Part shown: piece by piece, positions 36,501-49,100 of the stretch
How the letters are laid out: each line of letters opens with the position of its first letter
How positions within the stretch are numbered: the first letter of the stretch is position 1
Source of the DNA: Azolla caroliniana
Taxonomy: Eukaryota; Plantae; Polypodiophyta
Assembly (NCBI GenBank): GCA_043228905.1
Contig: JBHGNT010000017.1
Location: 12,834,001 to 12,898,000 of the forward strand
Reading direction: 5' to 3'
Length of the DNA: 64,000 nucleotides
Notes under the pieces: generated by a model
Databases searched by the model: none
The model's input: the letters and a program-made list of their open reading frames with translations, nothing else
What the model was told of the DNA's origin: nothing
Position numbers and translations under genes: made by a program

Positions 36501-36915
36501 GGCCGCGCGTATACGACAGCTCGAGCGGAGACCGGAGGACGTGGAACTGGCTGCGGAGAAGCTCCGGGTGGCGAGGACAAAGAACAAAGCCAAGTTCGAC
36601 CGAACGCACCGGCTCCGACCGAAGAAAATCGACGAAGGTGACTGGGTGCTCGTCTACGACAGCAGCCTCGACAACCAGCACCGAGCTACACGGAAGTTCG
36701 CACGAAGGTGGTTCGGGCCTTACGTGGTACAGAGCGCCAATGACAACGGGACATATCACCTGGCGGAACTAGACGGCACGAGAATGGCGATACCGGTTGC
36801 AGGGAAGCGGATCAAAGCGTTCAAGAAGCGACACGACGACGAGCCAGACCCGGCCCTCCTAGTCAGCAGTGACGAACGATCCGAAAACGAGGAAGAACCG
36901 ACGGGCGAGGAATGA
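33502..36915 (+). pseudogene. gypsy pol (RT-RH-INT) in the -1 frame, in-frame TAA at 35896-35898, apparent deletion in integrase
   Basis: DLYSGYDQF, LPQG, PFLDDIPIKG, RNase H ITVDTS/ETDC/ADMLSR, H2C2 integrase, VADRGE, NGKVER, RWFGPY; no chromodomain. Confidence 0.92.
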
Positions 36916-38732
36916 AGACGGGACGGTTTTCTCCGTCCCAACTCTCTTGGCGCATACCGGAGGATGCGCGGTTAGGTGGGGGCGGATGTCGTGAAGAAAA
37001 CCGTCCATAGGCGGAATCGGCGCACCAAGGCGTGGGAACCGGTTCTTCACACGCGCACGCTCCAAGTTGTACATAGAAGCGAATTAGGAGGATAATCGGC
37101 AGGAACGGGCCCTAACACAAGTGGAGACAAAGACCGCGCGAACAGTGTTTTCGGTCGCGCGCACGAGCTAAGGAACTGTACGAGTCGGCGGCGTAACTAC
37201 GCGGATGCGTGAAGAACGGAGCGGATCCCTGTCCAAAAGGGACAGGGAATAAAGCTGACATGACGGCCTGCTCGTCGGCCTATACAAGGAGCAGGAAAGA
37301 GCTGTTGCAGGCATCTCGCGCAGAGAGGACGAAGTGCTGCCGGACCGTTTCTGGACGCTTCTCTCTCTGTTTAATTCCTTCTTGAGCTCCATAGCTTTTC
37401 TGTACAGGGTTCCGAGGAGGCTCGCGATGTTTCGAGGAACGCCCGAGTGCTTCCGGCAGCACCTCCGACCTGCTACCCCTTTGTGCGTCGAAGTGAACAA
37501 GCATCGGCATCTGTTCGCCGGCCTGTTCGGTTGTAGCCAACCTGTGCCCCATCGAGGGTTGTAGTCGTGTTAGCCATTTTTGTTAATGTACATATTTAGT
37601 CATTCGCATCTGTCTGTGTCGGTGTCTGTTCGCGTTCTCCGTGCTGAAGGGTCGTGTCCCTGTGTATCCCCGGTCCTGCGTAGCCGGTTCTCTCTCTTTC
37701 TCCTCCCTCGCTTGCTCTTTGGTTCGAGACCCCCGCGGTCCCGCCTCGTTTCCACACACACTTGCGTAATATCTAGACACAGGATCCCATCAGAACTCCG
37801 CAGTTAAGCGCGCTTGGGCCAGAACAGTACTGGGATGGGTTACCTCCCGGGAAGTCCTGGTGCTGCACCCTTTTTGCTTCGAGCCGTGTTCTTTTTGTGG
37901 AGAGTACTGTCGTGTTCTTTTTGTGGAGAGTACTGGGATGGGTGACCTCCGGGGAAGTCTTGCGCATGGGTTGCGTTCTTCTCGCGCCCGAGCCGTTCCC
38001 GTGCGTGTGCGCTCCTGGCATTCTTAGAGGCGGACGAGAGCGTAGGATGGGTGAAGCGCCGAGGGGCATTGCCGTTCGGTCTGGGTTAAGTGCGTCGTCC
38101 GGATCAAGGAGAGGGCGTAAGAGGCTATTGTGTGGGCGTGGGCGGCGAGGTTCGAATCCAGGTCAGGGAAGATATATATATATCTATATATATATATATA
38201 TGTACCCCTTTGTCTAGGATCCAAGGCCTTAGCCTTAGCCTTCGCCGGCGCCCGTCGCGCGTGCGGTTGGGACAACGACGTGGGTCCCTCGATTTTAGTT
38301 GTCGTCGTAGAGCATTTTTGCACAGGCCTCTCTAGCACTAGTACCTCGGACCGCAGAGCATTGTTGTACCGGATCCCATCAGAACTCTGCAGTTAAGCGC
38401 GCTTGGGCCAGAACAGTACTGGGATGGGTGACCTCCCGGGAAGTCCTGGTGCTGCACCCTTTTAGCTTCGAGCCGTGTTCTTTTTGTGGAGAGTACTGGG
38501 ATGGATGACCTCCGGGGAAGTCTTGCGCATGGGTTGCGTTCTTCTCGCGCCCGAGCCGTTCCCGTGCGTGTGCGCTCCTGGCATTCTTAGAGGCGGACGA
38601 GAGCGTAGGATGGGTGAAGCGCCGAGGGGCATTGCCGTTCGGTCTGGGTTAAGTGCGTCGTCCGGATCAAGGAGAGGGCGTAAGAGGCTATTGTGTGGGC
38701 GTGGGCGGCGAGGTTCGAATCCGGGTCAGGGA

Positions 38733-38768
<36 letters not shown>

Positions 38769-38929
38769 CCCTTTATCTAGGATCCAAGGCCTTAGCCTTA
38801 GCCTTCGCCGGCGCCCGTCGCGCGTGCGGTTGGGACGACGAAGTGGGTCCCTCGATTTTAGTTGTCGTCGTAGAGCATTTTTGCACAGGCCTCTCTCGCA
38901 CTAGTACCTTGGACCGCAGAGCATTGTTG

Positions 38930-39048
38930 TGGTGCGGTCATACCAGCGCTAATACACCGGATCCCATTAGAACTCCGCAGTTAAGCGCGCTTGGGCCAAA
39001 ATAGTACTGGGATGGGTGACCTCCCGGGAAATCCTTGTGCTGCACCCT
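38930..39048 (+). rRNA. 5S rRNA gene (diverged)
   Basis: Full length, several substitutions. Confidence 0.75.
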
Positions 39049-39682
39049 TTTTGCTTCGAGCCGTGTTCTTTTTGTGGAGAGTACTGGGATGGGTGACCTC
39101 CGGGGAAGTCTTGCGCATGGGTTGCGTTCTTCTCGCGCCCGAGCCGTTCCCGTGCGTGTGCGCTCCTGGCATTCTTAGAGGCGGACGAGAGCGTAGGATG
39201 GGTGAAGCGTCGTGTTCTTTTTGTGGAGAGTACTGCCGTGTTCTTTTTGTGGAGAGTACTGGGATGGGTGACCTCCGGGGAAGTCTTGCGCATGGGTTGC
39301 GTTCTTCTCGCGCCCGAGCCGTTCCCGTGCGTGTGCGCTCCTCGCATTCTTAGAGGCGGACGAGAGCGTAGGATGGGTGAAGCGCCGAGGGGCATTGCCG
39401 TTCGGTCTGGGTTAAGTGCGTCGTCCGGATCAAGGAGATGGCGTAAGAGGCTATTGTGTGGGCGTGGGCGGCGAGGTTCGAATTCGGGTCAGGGAAGATA
39501 TATATATATATATATATGTACCCCTTTGTCTAGGATCCAAGGCCTTAGCCTTAGCCTTCGCCGAGGCCCGTCGCGCGTGCGGTTGGGACGACGACGTGGG
39601 TCCCTCGATTTTAGTTGTCGTCGTAGAGCATTTTTGCACAGGCCTCTCTGGCACTAGTACGTCGGACCGCAGAGCATTGTTG

Positions 39683-39801
39683 TGGTGCGGTCATACCAGC
39701 GCTAATATACCGGATCCCATTAGAACTCCGCAGTTAAGCCCGCTTGGGCCAGAACAGTACTGGGATGGGTGACCTCCCGGGAAGTCCTGGTGCTGCACCC
39801 T
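39683..39801 (+). rRNA. 5S rRNA gene (variant)
   Basis: Full length, about 3 substitutions. Confidence 0.8.
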
Positions 39802-40288
39802 TTTTGCTTCGAGCCGTGTTCTTTTTGTGGAGAGTACTGCCGTGTTCTTTTTGTGGAGAGTACTGGGATGGGTGACCTCCGGGGAAGTCTTGCGCATGGG
39901 TTGCGTTCTTCTCGCGCCCGAGCCGTTCCTGTGCGTGTGCGCTCGCTCCTGGCATTCTTAGAGGCGGACGAGAGCGTAGGATGGGTGAAGCGCCGAGGGG
40001 CATTGCCGTTCGGTCTGGGTTAAGTGCGTCGTCCGGATCAAGGAGAGGGCGTAAGAGGCTATTGTGTGGGCGTGGACGGCGAGGTTCGAATCCGGGTCAG
40101 GGAAGATATATATATATATATATGTACCCCTTTGTCTAGGATCCAAGGCCTTAGCCTTAGCCTTCCCCGGTGCCCGTCGCGCGTGCGGTTGGGACGACGA
40201 CGTGGGTCCCTCGATTTTAGTTGTCGTCGTAGAGCATTTTTGCACAGGCCTCTCTGGCACTAGTACCTCGGACCGCAGAGCATTGTTG

Positions 40289-40407
40289 TGGTGCGGTCAT
40301 ACCAGCGCTAATACACCGGATCCCATCAGAACTCTGCAGTTAAGCGCGCTTGGGCCAGAACAGTACTGGAATGGGTGACCTCTCGGGAAGTCCTGGTGCT
40401 GCACCCT
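40289..40407 (+). rRNA. 5S rRNA gene (variant)
   Basis: Full length, about 3 substitutions. Confidence 0.8.
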
Positions 40408-40896
40408 TTTTGCTTCGAGCCGTGTTCTTTTTGTGGAGAGTACTGCCGTGATCTTTTTGTGGAGAGTACTGGGATGGGTGACCTCCGGGGAAGTCTTGCG
40501 CATGGGTTGCGTTCTTCTCGCGCCCGAGCCGTTCCCGTGCGTGCGCGCTTGCTCCTGGCATTCATAGAGGCGGACGAGAGCGTAGGATGGGTGAAGCGCC
40601 GAGGGGCATTGCCGTTCGGTCTGGGTTAAGTGCGTCGTCCGGATCAAGGAGAGGGCGTAAGAGGCTATTGTGTGGGCGTGGGCGGCGAGGTTCGAATCCG
40701 GGTCAGGGAAGATATATATATATATATATATGTATCCCTTTGTCTAGGATCCAAGGCTTTAGCCTTAGCCTTTGCCGGCGCCCGTCGCGCGTGCGGTTGG
40801 GACGACGACGTGGGTTCCTCGATTTTAGTTGTCGTCGTAGAGCATTTTTGCACAGGCCTCTCTCGCACTAGTACCTTGGACCGCAGAGCATTGTTG

Positions 40897-41015
40897 TGGT
40901 GCGGTCATACCAGCGCTAATACACCGGATCCCATTAGAACTCCGCGGTTAAGCGCGCTTGGTCCAAAACAGTACTGGGATGGGTGACCTCCCGGGAAGTC
41001 CTTGTGCAGCACCCT
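40897..41015 (+). rRNA. 5S rRNA gene (diverged)
   Basis: Full length, several substitutions. Confidence 0.75.
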
Positions 41016-41502
41016 TTTTGCTTCGAGCCGTGTTCTTTTTGTGGAGAGTACTGCCGTGTTCTTTTTGTGGAGAGTACTGGGATGGGTGACCTCCGGGGAA
41101 GTCTTGCGCATGGGTTGCGTTCTTCTCGCGCCCGAGCCGTTCCTGTGCGTGTGCGCTCGCTCCTGGCATTCTTAGAGGCGGACGAGAGCGTAGGATGGGT
41201 GAAGCGCCGAGGGGCATTGCCGTTCGGTCTGGGTTAAGTGCGTCGTCCGGATCAAGGAGAGGGCGTAAGAGGCTATTGTGTGGGCGTGGATGGCGAGGTT
41301 CGAATCCGGGTCAGGGAAGATATATATATATATATATGTACCCCTTTGTCTAGGATCCAAGGCCTTAGCCTTAGCCTTCCCCGGTGCCCGTCGCGCGTGC
41401 GGTTGGGACGACGACGTGGGTCCCTCGATTTTAGTTGTCGTCGTAGAGCATTTTTGCACAGGCCTCTCTGGCACTAGTACCTCGGACCGCAGAGCATTGT
41501 TG

Positions 41503-41621
41503 TGGTGCTGTCATACCAGCGCTAATACACCGGATCCCATCAGAACTCCGCAATTAAGTGCGCTTGGGCCAGAACAGTACTGGGATGGGTGACCTCCCGG
41601 GAAGTCTTGGTGCTGCACCCT
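41503..41621 (+). rRNA. 5S rRNA gene (variant)
   Basis: Full length, several substitutions. Confidence 0.75.
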
Positions 41622-42078
41622 TTTTGCTTTGAGCCGTGTTCTTTTTGTGGAGAGTACTGGGATGGGTGATCTCCGGGGAAGTGTTGCGCATGGGTTGCGT
41701 TCTTCTCGCGCCCGAGCCGTTCTCGTGCGTGTGCGCTCCTGGCATTCTTAGAGGCGGACGAGAGCATAGGATGGGTGAAGCGCCGAGGGGCATTGCCGTT
41801 CGGTCTGGGTTAAGTGCGTCATCCGGATCAAGGAGAGGGCGTAAGAGGCTATTGTGTGGGCGTGGGTGGCGAGGTTCGAATCCGGGTCAGGGAAGATATA
41901 TATGTATATATATGTACCCCTTTGTCTAGGATCCAAGGCCTTAGCCTTAGCCTTCGCCGCCGCCCGTCGCGCGTGTGGTTGGGACGACGACGTGGGTCCC
42001 TCGATTTTAGTTGTCGTCGTAGAGCATTTTTGCATAGGCCTCTCTGGCACTAGTACCTCGGACTGCAGAGCATTGTTG

Positions 42079-42196
42079 TTAGCGGTCATACCAACGCTAA
42101 TACACCGGATCCCATCAGAACTCCACAGTTAAGCGCGCTTGGGCCAGAACAGTACTGGGATGGCTGACCTCCCGTGAAGTCTTGGTGCTGTAACCT
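42079..42196 (+). pseudogene. 5S pseudogene
   Basis: Helix I ends and Box C mutated; terminator weakened. Confidence 0.75.
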
Positions 42197-42466
42197 TTGT
42201 GCTTCGAGCCGTGTTCTTTTTGTGGAGAGTACTGGGATGGCTGACCTCCAGGGAAGTCTTGCGCATGGGTTGCGTTCTTCTTGCGGTCGAGCCGTTCCCG
42301 TGCGTGTGCGCTCCTGGCATTCTTAGAGGCGGACGAGAGCGTAAGATGGGTGAAGCGCCGAGGGGCATTGTCATTCGGTCTGGGTTAAGGGTGTCATCCA
42401 GATCAAGGAGAGTGTATAAGAGGCGATTGTGTGGGCGTGGGTGGTGAGGTTCCAATTCGGGGCAGG

Positions 42467-42504
<38 letters not shown>

Positions 42505-43384
42505 CCCTTTGTCTAGGATCCAAGGCCTCCCGAGAAGTCCTGGTGCTGCATCCTCTTTGCTTCGAGCCGTGTTCTTTTTGTGAATAGTACTGGGATGGGT
42601 GACCTCCCGGGAAGTCGTTGATAGACCGTCTCCCATCAGAACTCCGCAGTTAAGTGCGCTTGGGCCAGAATAATACTAGGATGGGTGACCTCTCGGGAAG
42701 TTCTGGTGCGGCACCCATTTTGCTTCGTGCCGTGTTCTTTTTGTGAAGAGTACTCGGATTGGTGACCTCCCGGGAAGTCTTGTGCATGGGTTGCGTTCTT
42801 TTCGCGCCCGAGCCGTTCGCGTTCGTGTGCGCTCCTGGCATTCGTATAGGCGGACTAGAACGTAGGATGGGACGGCGACGTGGGTCGGAGAACAGCCTAA
42901 CACAGGGTGTTTACTTAAGACACTTTACCAAATGGTGTTACGACGATATAACTTACGACACAACGCTTAATTGGATCTTAATCGGTTACTTTGGAATACG
43001 TCATTAACACGCGTATGATATACAATAAGCACTGAACGGTGAACAATAGTCAATGATTAAACAAAAGGTTTATATTACTCTCCGTTAATGACTACATTGT
43101 AACCGGGCCTTTATATAGGTCACCGGTGCGAAGTACAAAATGGTGGCAACTGGCACCTATTTGGGATCGTTCCGGAGCCAGATCGGCATACCGATTCCGG
43201 TCTATCCGTCCACATGTTCTCCTATATTAATATATGTATTAAGACTAGGAATTTCAACAGATTCCCAAATAACAATTCCCCTTTTAACACCCTGGTCTTT
43301 GCCGTCGTTAGCTCCTTTGCCGGTCGGATAACACATGGCACGCCCGTGGGACAGTACCTTGTACGTCGAATCCCACACCGGCCC

Positions 43385-45200
43385 CTTACTCTTCGTCCAA
43401 GATATCCAGGATGCTTTGCTCTAGGGTCTCCAGTGGTTCTACGAGAATCTGTTGTGGCTGCTATTGTCATTGTTGTTGTTGTTGTGACTTCTCCGATTAT
43501 GGCAGGGGTTGCTTCTCCGTTTGTGCCTCCGACTCTGGCTGCAGCTCCGATGGTTGCTCTGGCACCGGCGTTTCCTTTGTTGTTTCCTCCGCCGGAGTTG
43601 TCTCTGGTTGAGTTACCCCGGCCTGGTCTCCGTCTGGTCATTGTACCGGCGACGGTTCCTCATCACTGAGGTTGACCGTTGCCGCCTGCCTTGCTTTTTC
43701 TTCCCTAAGCCGGAACCGCTCATAGCTCTCAAACTGGATTTGAGCATCCATTCGATCGTCATCCAGTTGAGCTATGAGTTGCCGGACCTGCACCAATTGC
43801 TCATCCGCCAGAGTTGTGAAATCTTCTGCCAGCTCATCCTTTATGGCGATGAAGTCCTCCGATGTGAGCATGTAACAATCATCACCTTCCTTCCGCCAGT
43901 TTTCCGCGTCCGCCCTGAGCAACTGGAGTTCAGTCGTATTCTGCGCCCATTTCGTGCACCATCGCACGGAGCTCTCGTCAATCAAGTGTTTGGTCTTATT
44001 TTGCCATGCTCGGAGGATGCACTGGATCCGTTCGGTTCCCATCTGTGATTTGTTCTCCACGGCTTGTCGCTCCTCTTTCAATTGCTTGATGATTCTGACC
44101 GTGTCCACCTCCTGCTCCCTATAATGCGACAATTGACTTTGATAGGTTGTTTGCAACCTCTGTAACACCATTGTCTCCCTCTCCTTTTCTTCATTATGCT
44201 GCTTGTGGAGCTCCATCCGGTCCCTCGCTGCTTCCTCCAATAGTTTTGTATTCTCAGCCCGTTCGTCGGCGAGTGCCATTGTGGCCCTATCAACTTCCTA
44301 CTTTTGCTTATGCTCCGTGTCCAAGCTCTTAAAGTTCTGGTGCAGGTGGTCGAAGTCCTTTGTCTTCTGCTTCAGCCTCTGGTTGATTTGTTGGCGAGCG
44401 CGGTCTTCCCGGTCCTTTTGTTGACGGAGTTCTTCTTTCAGCCTTTTGATTTCCGTTTCCGCCATCCGTTGCAACTTGTCCTTCTCCTGTAGCAATTTTT
44501 CTTTTCCCTCCTTTAGCCGGTCGTAAGCTTGATGCCCTTTCCGCAGATTTTCTTCTGCCCGGCAGAGGTTTTCAACAATCTTTTTTAACTCCTCTTCTGC
44601 CGCTTTCTTCAAATCTCGTTCGTGGCTCCGTAGTGCTTCTTGTGCGGCAAGTTTGTCCCTTAATTCAGCAAGCTCTTGGGCTTGCGCCGCATCTTTCTCT
44701 GGGACGGTTTCTGTCTCCGAGGTCTTATTCATATGTACAGGCGTGGTTGTTTCTTTATTCTATACATCAACCGGAGTCACCGGTGCTTGGATCTGTGTTG
44801 CGGTTAAGGCCATTTTGGCCATGTCTTCTATGACCCAATCCAAGTCTTGTTCAAGGCACTGGATCCTTGACCGGGCCGTCTCTAGTTCATCGGTTGTGAC
44901 TAGCAACCGTTCCATCTGCGCTCGTTCTTCCGTCTCTACATACAGTATCACTCCGGCAACCTGCTCTCCTATCCACCGGAGCCATTGGCTACCAGTACCC
45001 TATTGTTGCGTCTGCACGGAGGGTTGGCTGATGGGTTCACTTGCCAATGGCTGGTCCCGCCTAAATGCATCGAGCTGCACTTCCGGCTCTGCCTGCTGAC
45101 CACTTTGCCGTTTGGGTTCCGGTTGTGTTTCGGCATGTTCTTGGTCGGCTGAGGAAGGTGGCACATGCCTTACCGGCGCTTGCGTTTCGGGGCTTGCCGG
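43385..45200 (-). pseudogene. Decayed coiled-coil extra ORF of the gypsy 3' region
   Basis: ORF pieces 44760-44951, 44298-44732 and 43638-44279 are E/K/Q/R-rich heptad-like, separated by stops and frameshifts. Confidence 0.6.
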
Positions 45201-46149
45201 TGTTACCCGTAGGAGTTGTACAGGGTGGTATAAGGGTAAAACACGTTAAAGGGGTTGTTCGGTATGTGTAATGTATATGAGTGTGAGGATGAGTATGTGT
45301 GAGCACATGCACAATTATGTGCATGTGACAAGAATTTAACGGTCTCTTTTTGTAACGGACATATTATTTACCGTTACATTATGTATTATATAAACAACAC
45401 CGGGTCATTTGAAACAGGTAATATGTCGTATTCTCTTTTGGCATAGTTGGCCAGATGTAGAAAAGTACCCTATTTTAGCCCGATATCGAAAATATACGAT
45501 GCATGCGTACCCCTTTTGCGACTTGATGGTTAAATATAGAACAAAAAAAACCTAGCAATTACTAAATTTATATGTGTCCACATTCGTGTCAATTTGCATA
45601 TCATGGAGCACAATTGAAGACTTGGTTCAATATAAAGTTCTAAAATTGGTATCCATATTCAAATTGTAGAGTAAAACTACATAAACCGTAATTATAAATA
45701 TGTGGTTTTGGGTTTAGGAATAAAGTAGTACCCCACTTGTTGGACGGGTATATCAATAGTTTCATTGTATAATGTCATATAGAATGTAATTGGTAAGAGT
45801 AACAATTACGTACAACATTCATTTATACTATGTGGAACCAGTAGTCTTGAACCGTAGGTAACTAAAAACCTCTTATTATCAAAAACATTCGCCTTTTCAT
45901 ATACAGTCATGCTAACGGAATTGAGAGATTACAATATCATGTTAATATCTCAAACTGAAGAAGAGCATGGTGACCAATTATATGTAAATACAAACAACGG
46001 TTCCAATAATGATTAAAAAGGGAAATTATGAATAGGTGAATTTAATTAAACGATAAACAATTACAAATGTTCTCATATACAAATATAATATGAAGTGATG
46101 GTGAACATTATGCCTCAAAATCCTCAATTTTTACATTACGCCATCTACA

Positions 46150-49100
46150 TCAATCTATAAGCAAATCAGGCAGAGCAGGCTCCTCTGGCGCTGATTGTTC
46201 TAGACTGTTTTCATTCGTGTCATCTCCAAGCTCTCCCGAATCTGAGGTATGGTCAAACTGTGCTACATCTTCCAGGTCCACCAGCTCCCCTGCTTCTTCA
46301 TCAATTGGTTCCATTGGTTCTCGTGAAGTCATCTGGAACATCTCTGTCTCGTTGATGTGTTTTGCTCTGACTTCTTGATCCTGATCTGGACAGTCCCAGA
46401 TTCCTGTGATCCTCATTTTGATGAAGTTAACTTGAGTAGGGTCCTTCTTCAATGCAACACAGTTTCTAAACATCTTCAATGCACAAGTTGTCGTTGTACC
46501 TAATGGTCGCATGAACACAAACAAGTATATATAAGAAGTAACGTCTTAAACTTGATAGACAAGATTGAAATTAAATATATATATTATACCTGTGCCAGAG
46601 AACAAGTCTAGGACCCAATCATCTGGATTCGAGAAGAACTCTATGAGGCGGTTGATCAATCTTTGAGGTTTTTGATAAGGGTTCACCATACTTTTATCCC
46701 CTGACACATGTCTTAATTTTTTGGTTACAGCTGGGCACATGATGTAGTTAACCACGTTACGCTCATTGACATGTGCTCTAGCCTTCTTCTTTGTAATTGA
46801 ATCATAGTAGCCCACACAAAAATGTTCGACCGCACTAACCATTCGATCGCCAGGGCTACGTGTAATATTTGTTTTGATCCTATAGAGAAAGAAAATCAAG
46901 TATTAGAGGTGTAAATGTGTACATATAATAAGAAGTACTGTAATGAGTAAAAGCGAACTATAACGCACCAATGCATGTGTTCAGTGGCATGACAACGGGA
47001 CTTCAAAGCTGTTGTGACTGACAGTGATTGCCCCATGCTATGAAATATGAGTATCCTCCACAAGGGGGCCAATGTCAGTTCTGCGAAATCCTTTACCATT
47101 TTCTCGATCTGAGGGTACTTGAAAGGCACATCATCATATGTTGATCCCGCAATACGGAAACCATATGGTATGTTAGCTATCAGCAAAGTGTAGTGCCTTC
47201 TCGGTAACAGTTCGAGCATCTGGGATACTTCGCCATTGAAAACACTATAATGAAGCTGTTTGAAAGGATCAGACCTATGCAAAAAACTCTTTACAGTCTC
47301 CGAATCCTCGGGCAGTTCCATTTCCTTCCCTTTGGTCATTCTCTTCTCATATTTCGCACGTTCTAAGTGCGTGATGAAGGCCGCTGGAATACCGTCATTA
47401 TTGTCGTTGTTCTTTTTCGATTTTGATGGTTTCTGCAAGTGTCATTGTTGTTAGCAGGGAACATTACTTTCTAACATATCAACATTCAAAAGACACATAC
47501 CCATTCTCTAAATACAATAAAATATTCCTCCAATGCCTTGTAGGAAGAAGTTATCGGGCAGGCTTGTTCAACTTCTTCCCATGTCGGTAAACTCAGTTTT
47601 TGCATCATCAACTCCTGAATCTTCATGTATACCTTGTGACTGCACAATCAATATGAAATTAGAAATAAGATATTCAAAATAATTGAAGACTTTCATGAAA
47701 AGGTATACTATAAACACTTACTTTTGCAAGTTTGTTACCATCTCGTCCAAACTAAATTCCTTGGCGACCACTCGAGATAGCACGGATATTAACAATCTAT
47801 CATCTTTGATACCTTGTAATGATCTCCAAGGTAAAAGTTTCATGTCCTCTGGTAACTCCTCGATTACCAAGTCGCTTTTTCCCTTGGTCTTTGATTTCAT
47901 CTCAACTTGTGGATCAATTCTTCCCTTTTTTTATCTTTGCCCCTTGACTTCTTTCCGCTCCCACATAGAGAATATTTTGTCTTGGAGATCCCACACCTCT
48001 CCGGTCTGAAAAGCTAGTTGAAACCAAGAATCATATTTTCGGAGACCTTCGGATTTCGTACTCTCATCCACGGCAATCCCTACTTCCAATAAACACTGAC
48101 GTCGCAATCCAGGCCACAATCTTGGACCAAAACGATTCAAGGCATCGAGGTATTCATGATGAAAAAATCTTATCCTCTCTATACATGACATCTTTTGCCT
48201 ATAATCGTTGTCATTGTTATGGTCCCATGCGAGCAGCTTCGCCTCCTCGTGAGTTAGTCCTGCATATACCTTACATTCGGCGTATTTGAAGAACGGCGTG
48301 AGAGGATATTCTTTGACAAGCTGTCGTCGAGCTTCGGCCGAATGTGATCCTCCGATTACATAGTATGTGTAATCGTCTGCAGAGCTATACTTGAAATCTG
48401 CTACTGTTGGGCATTGTTCTTGATCAACCATTACCAAAAATGGCACCACAGTAGCGTGAGGATTGATTTTCATTTTGCTTTTCAAGTTTTGGACATGGAC
48501 GGAGTGCGGCTCCCTAATTTCCAAGGGACGTCTTCCAGTCACGAGGTCAATGGGGGGCCTTTGGATAGAAGTAATGGGCAAATGAAATAGCTGGCCCCTG
48601 CGCACAAGTTTAGTCTTCACAATATTTTCTCTTATTTTATTTTGTTCTGACGTCAGGACACCAGAAGATAGTTGTCCGCCTGGAGCCACGACGTCGACTT
48701 GTTGGTCGTCTTCTTCTTCCACGAACTCTAATATTTCTTCTTCTTCTTCTTCTTCAGGTCGTGGTCATTTAGTATATTTCTTTTGAACAGGATTTGTCTT
48801 CCTAGACTTTTTCGGTGGAGTTTCTGCTTCACCGGTCATCATCTCTCCTGTCACGTACGGCCGAAGAGCTACCAACAAGTTATTTTTCGTTTGCAGGTCT
48901 TTACGCAAAGCCTTGGGATTGCAAGATTCGGGTACTAGGTTTCCCTCATCAAGTTGCAATCGCCTGTCGCCAACTGAGCTCGAGACGTCGATTAAAATAC
49001 ATGTAGAATCAATGTCTTCGTACTCTAGCTTGGTTACATGCCCATAATTAAATGTTTTCCAAGCTGAAGTTTCCCTTCCCCGTCCGATTTTGCCGTTATC

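Larger units (their letters stand above)
25041..37779 (+). mobile_element. Ty3/gypsy non-chromovirus LTR retrotransposon (possibly Phygy/Selgy-like), inserted in a 5S gene
   Basis: 793-bp LTRs TGTCG...AGACA (5' LTR 25041-25520 + 31040-31352; 3' LTR 36987-37779; roughly 19 substitutions), tRNA-Trp PBS, PPT AGGTGGGGGCGGA 36974-36986, gag-PR then RT-RH-INT order, flanks CCGG/CAGG. Confidence 0.97.
37780..42890 (+). repeat. 5S rDNA array, degenerate distal block ending in scrambled fragments
   Basis: Internal deletion (~38368 gene lacks about nt 2-26), spacer duplication (~39060-39210), fragments at 42527-42885. Confidence 0.95.

Noticed and set aside
31552-36759. Long antisense and alternate-frame ORFs over the gypsy coding region
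   Set aside because: Expected shadows of GC-rich coding sequence; no motifs.
13-42890. Recurring 60-190 aa ORFs across the 5S units
   Set aside because: They overlap the rRNA gene and the (TA)n tract, change frame with microsatellite length, and have no protein motifs.
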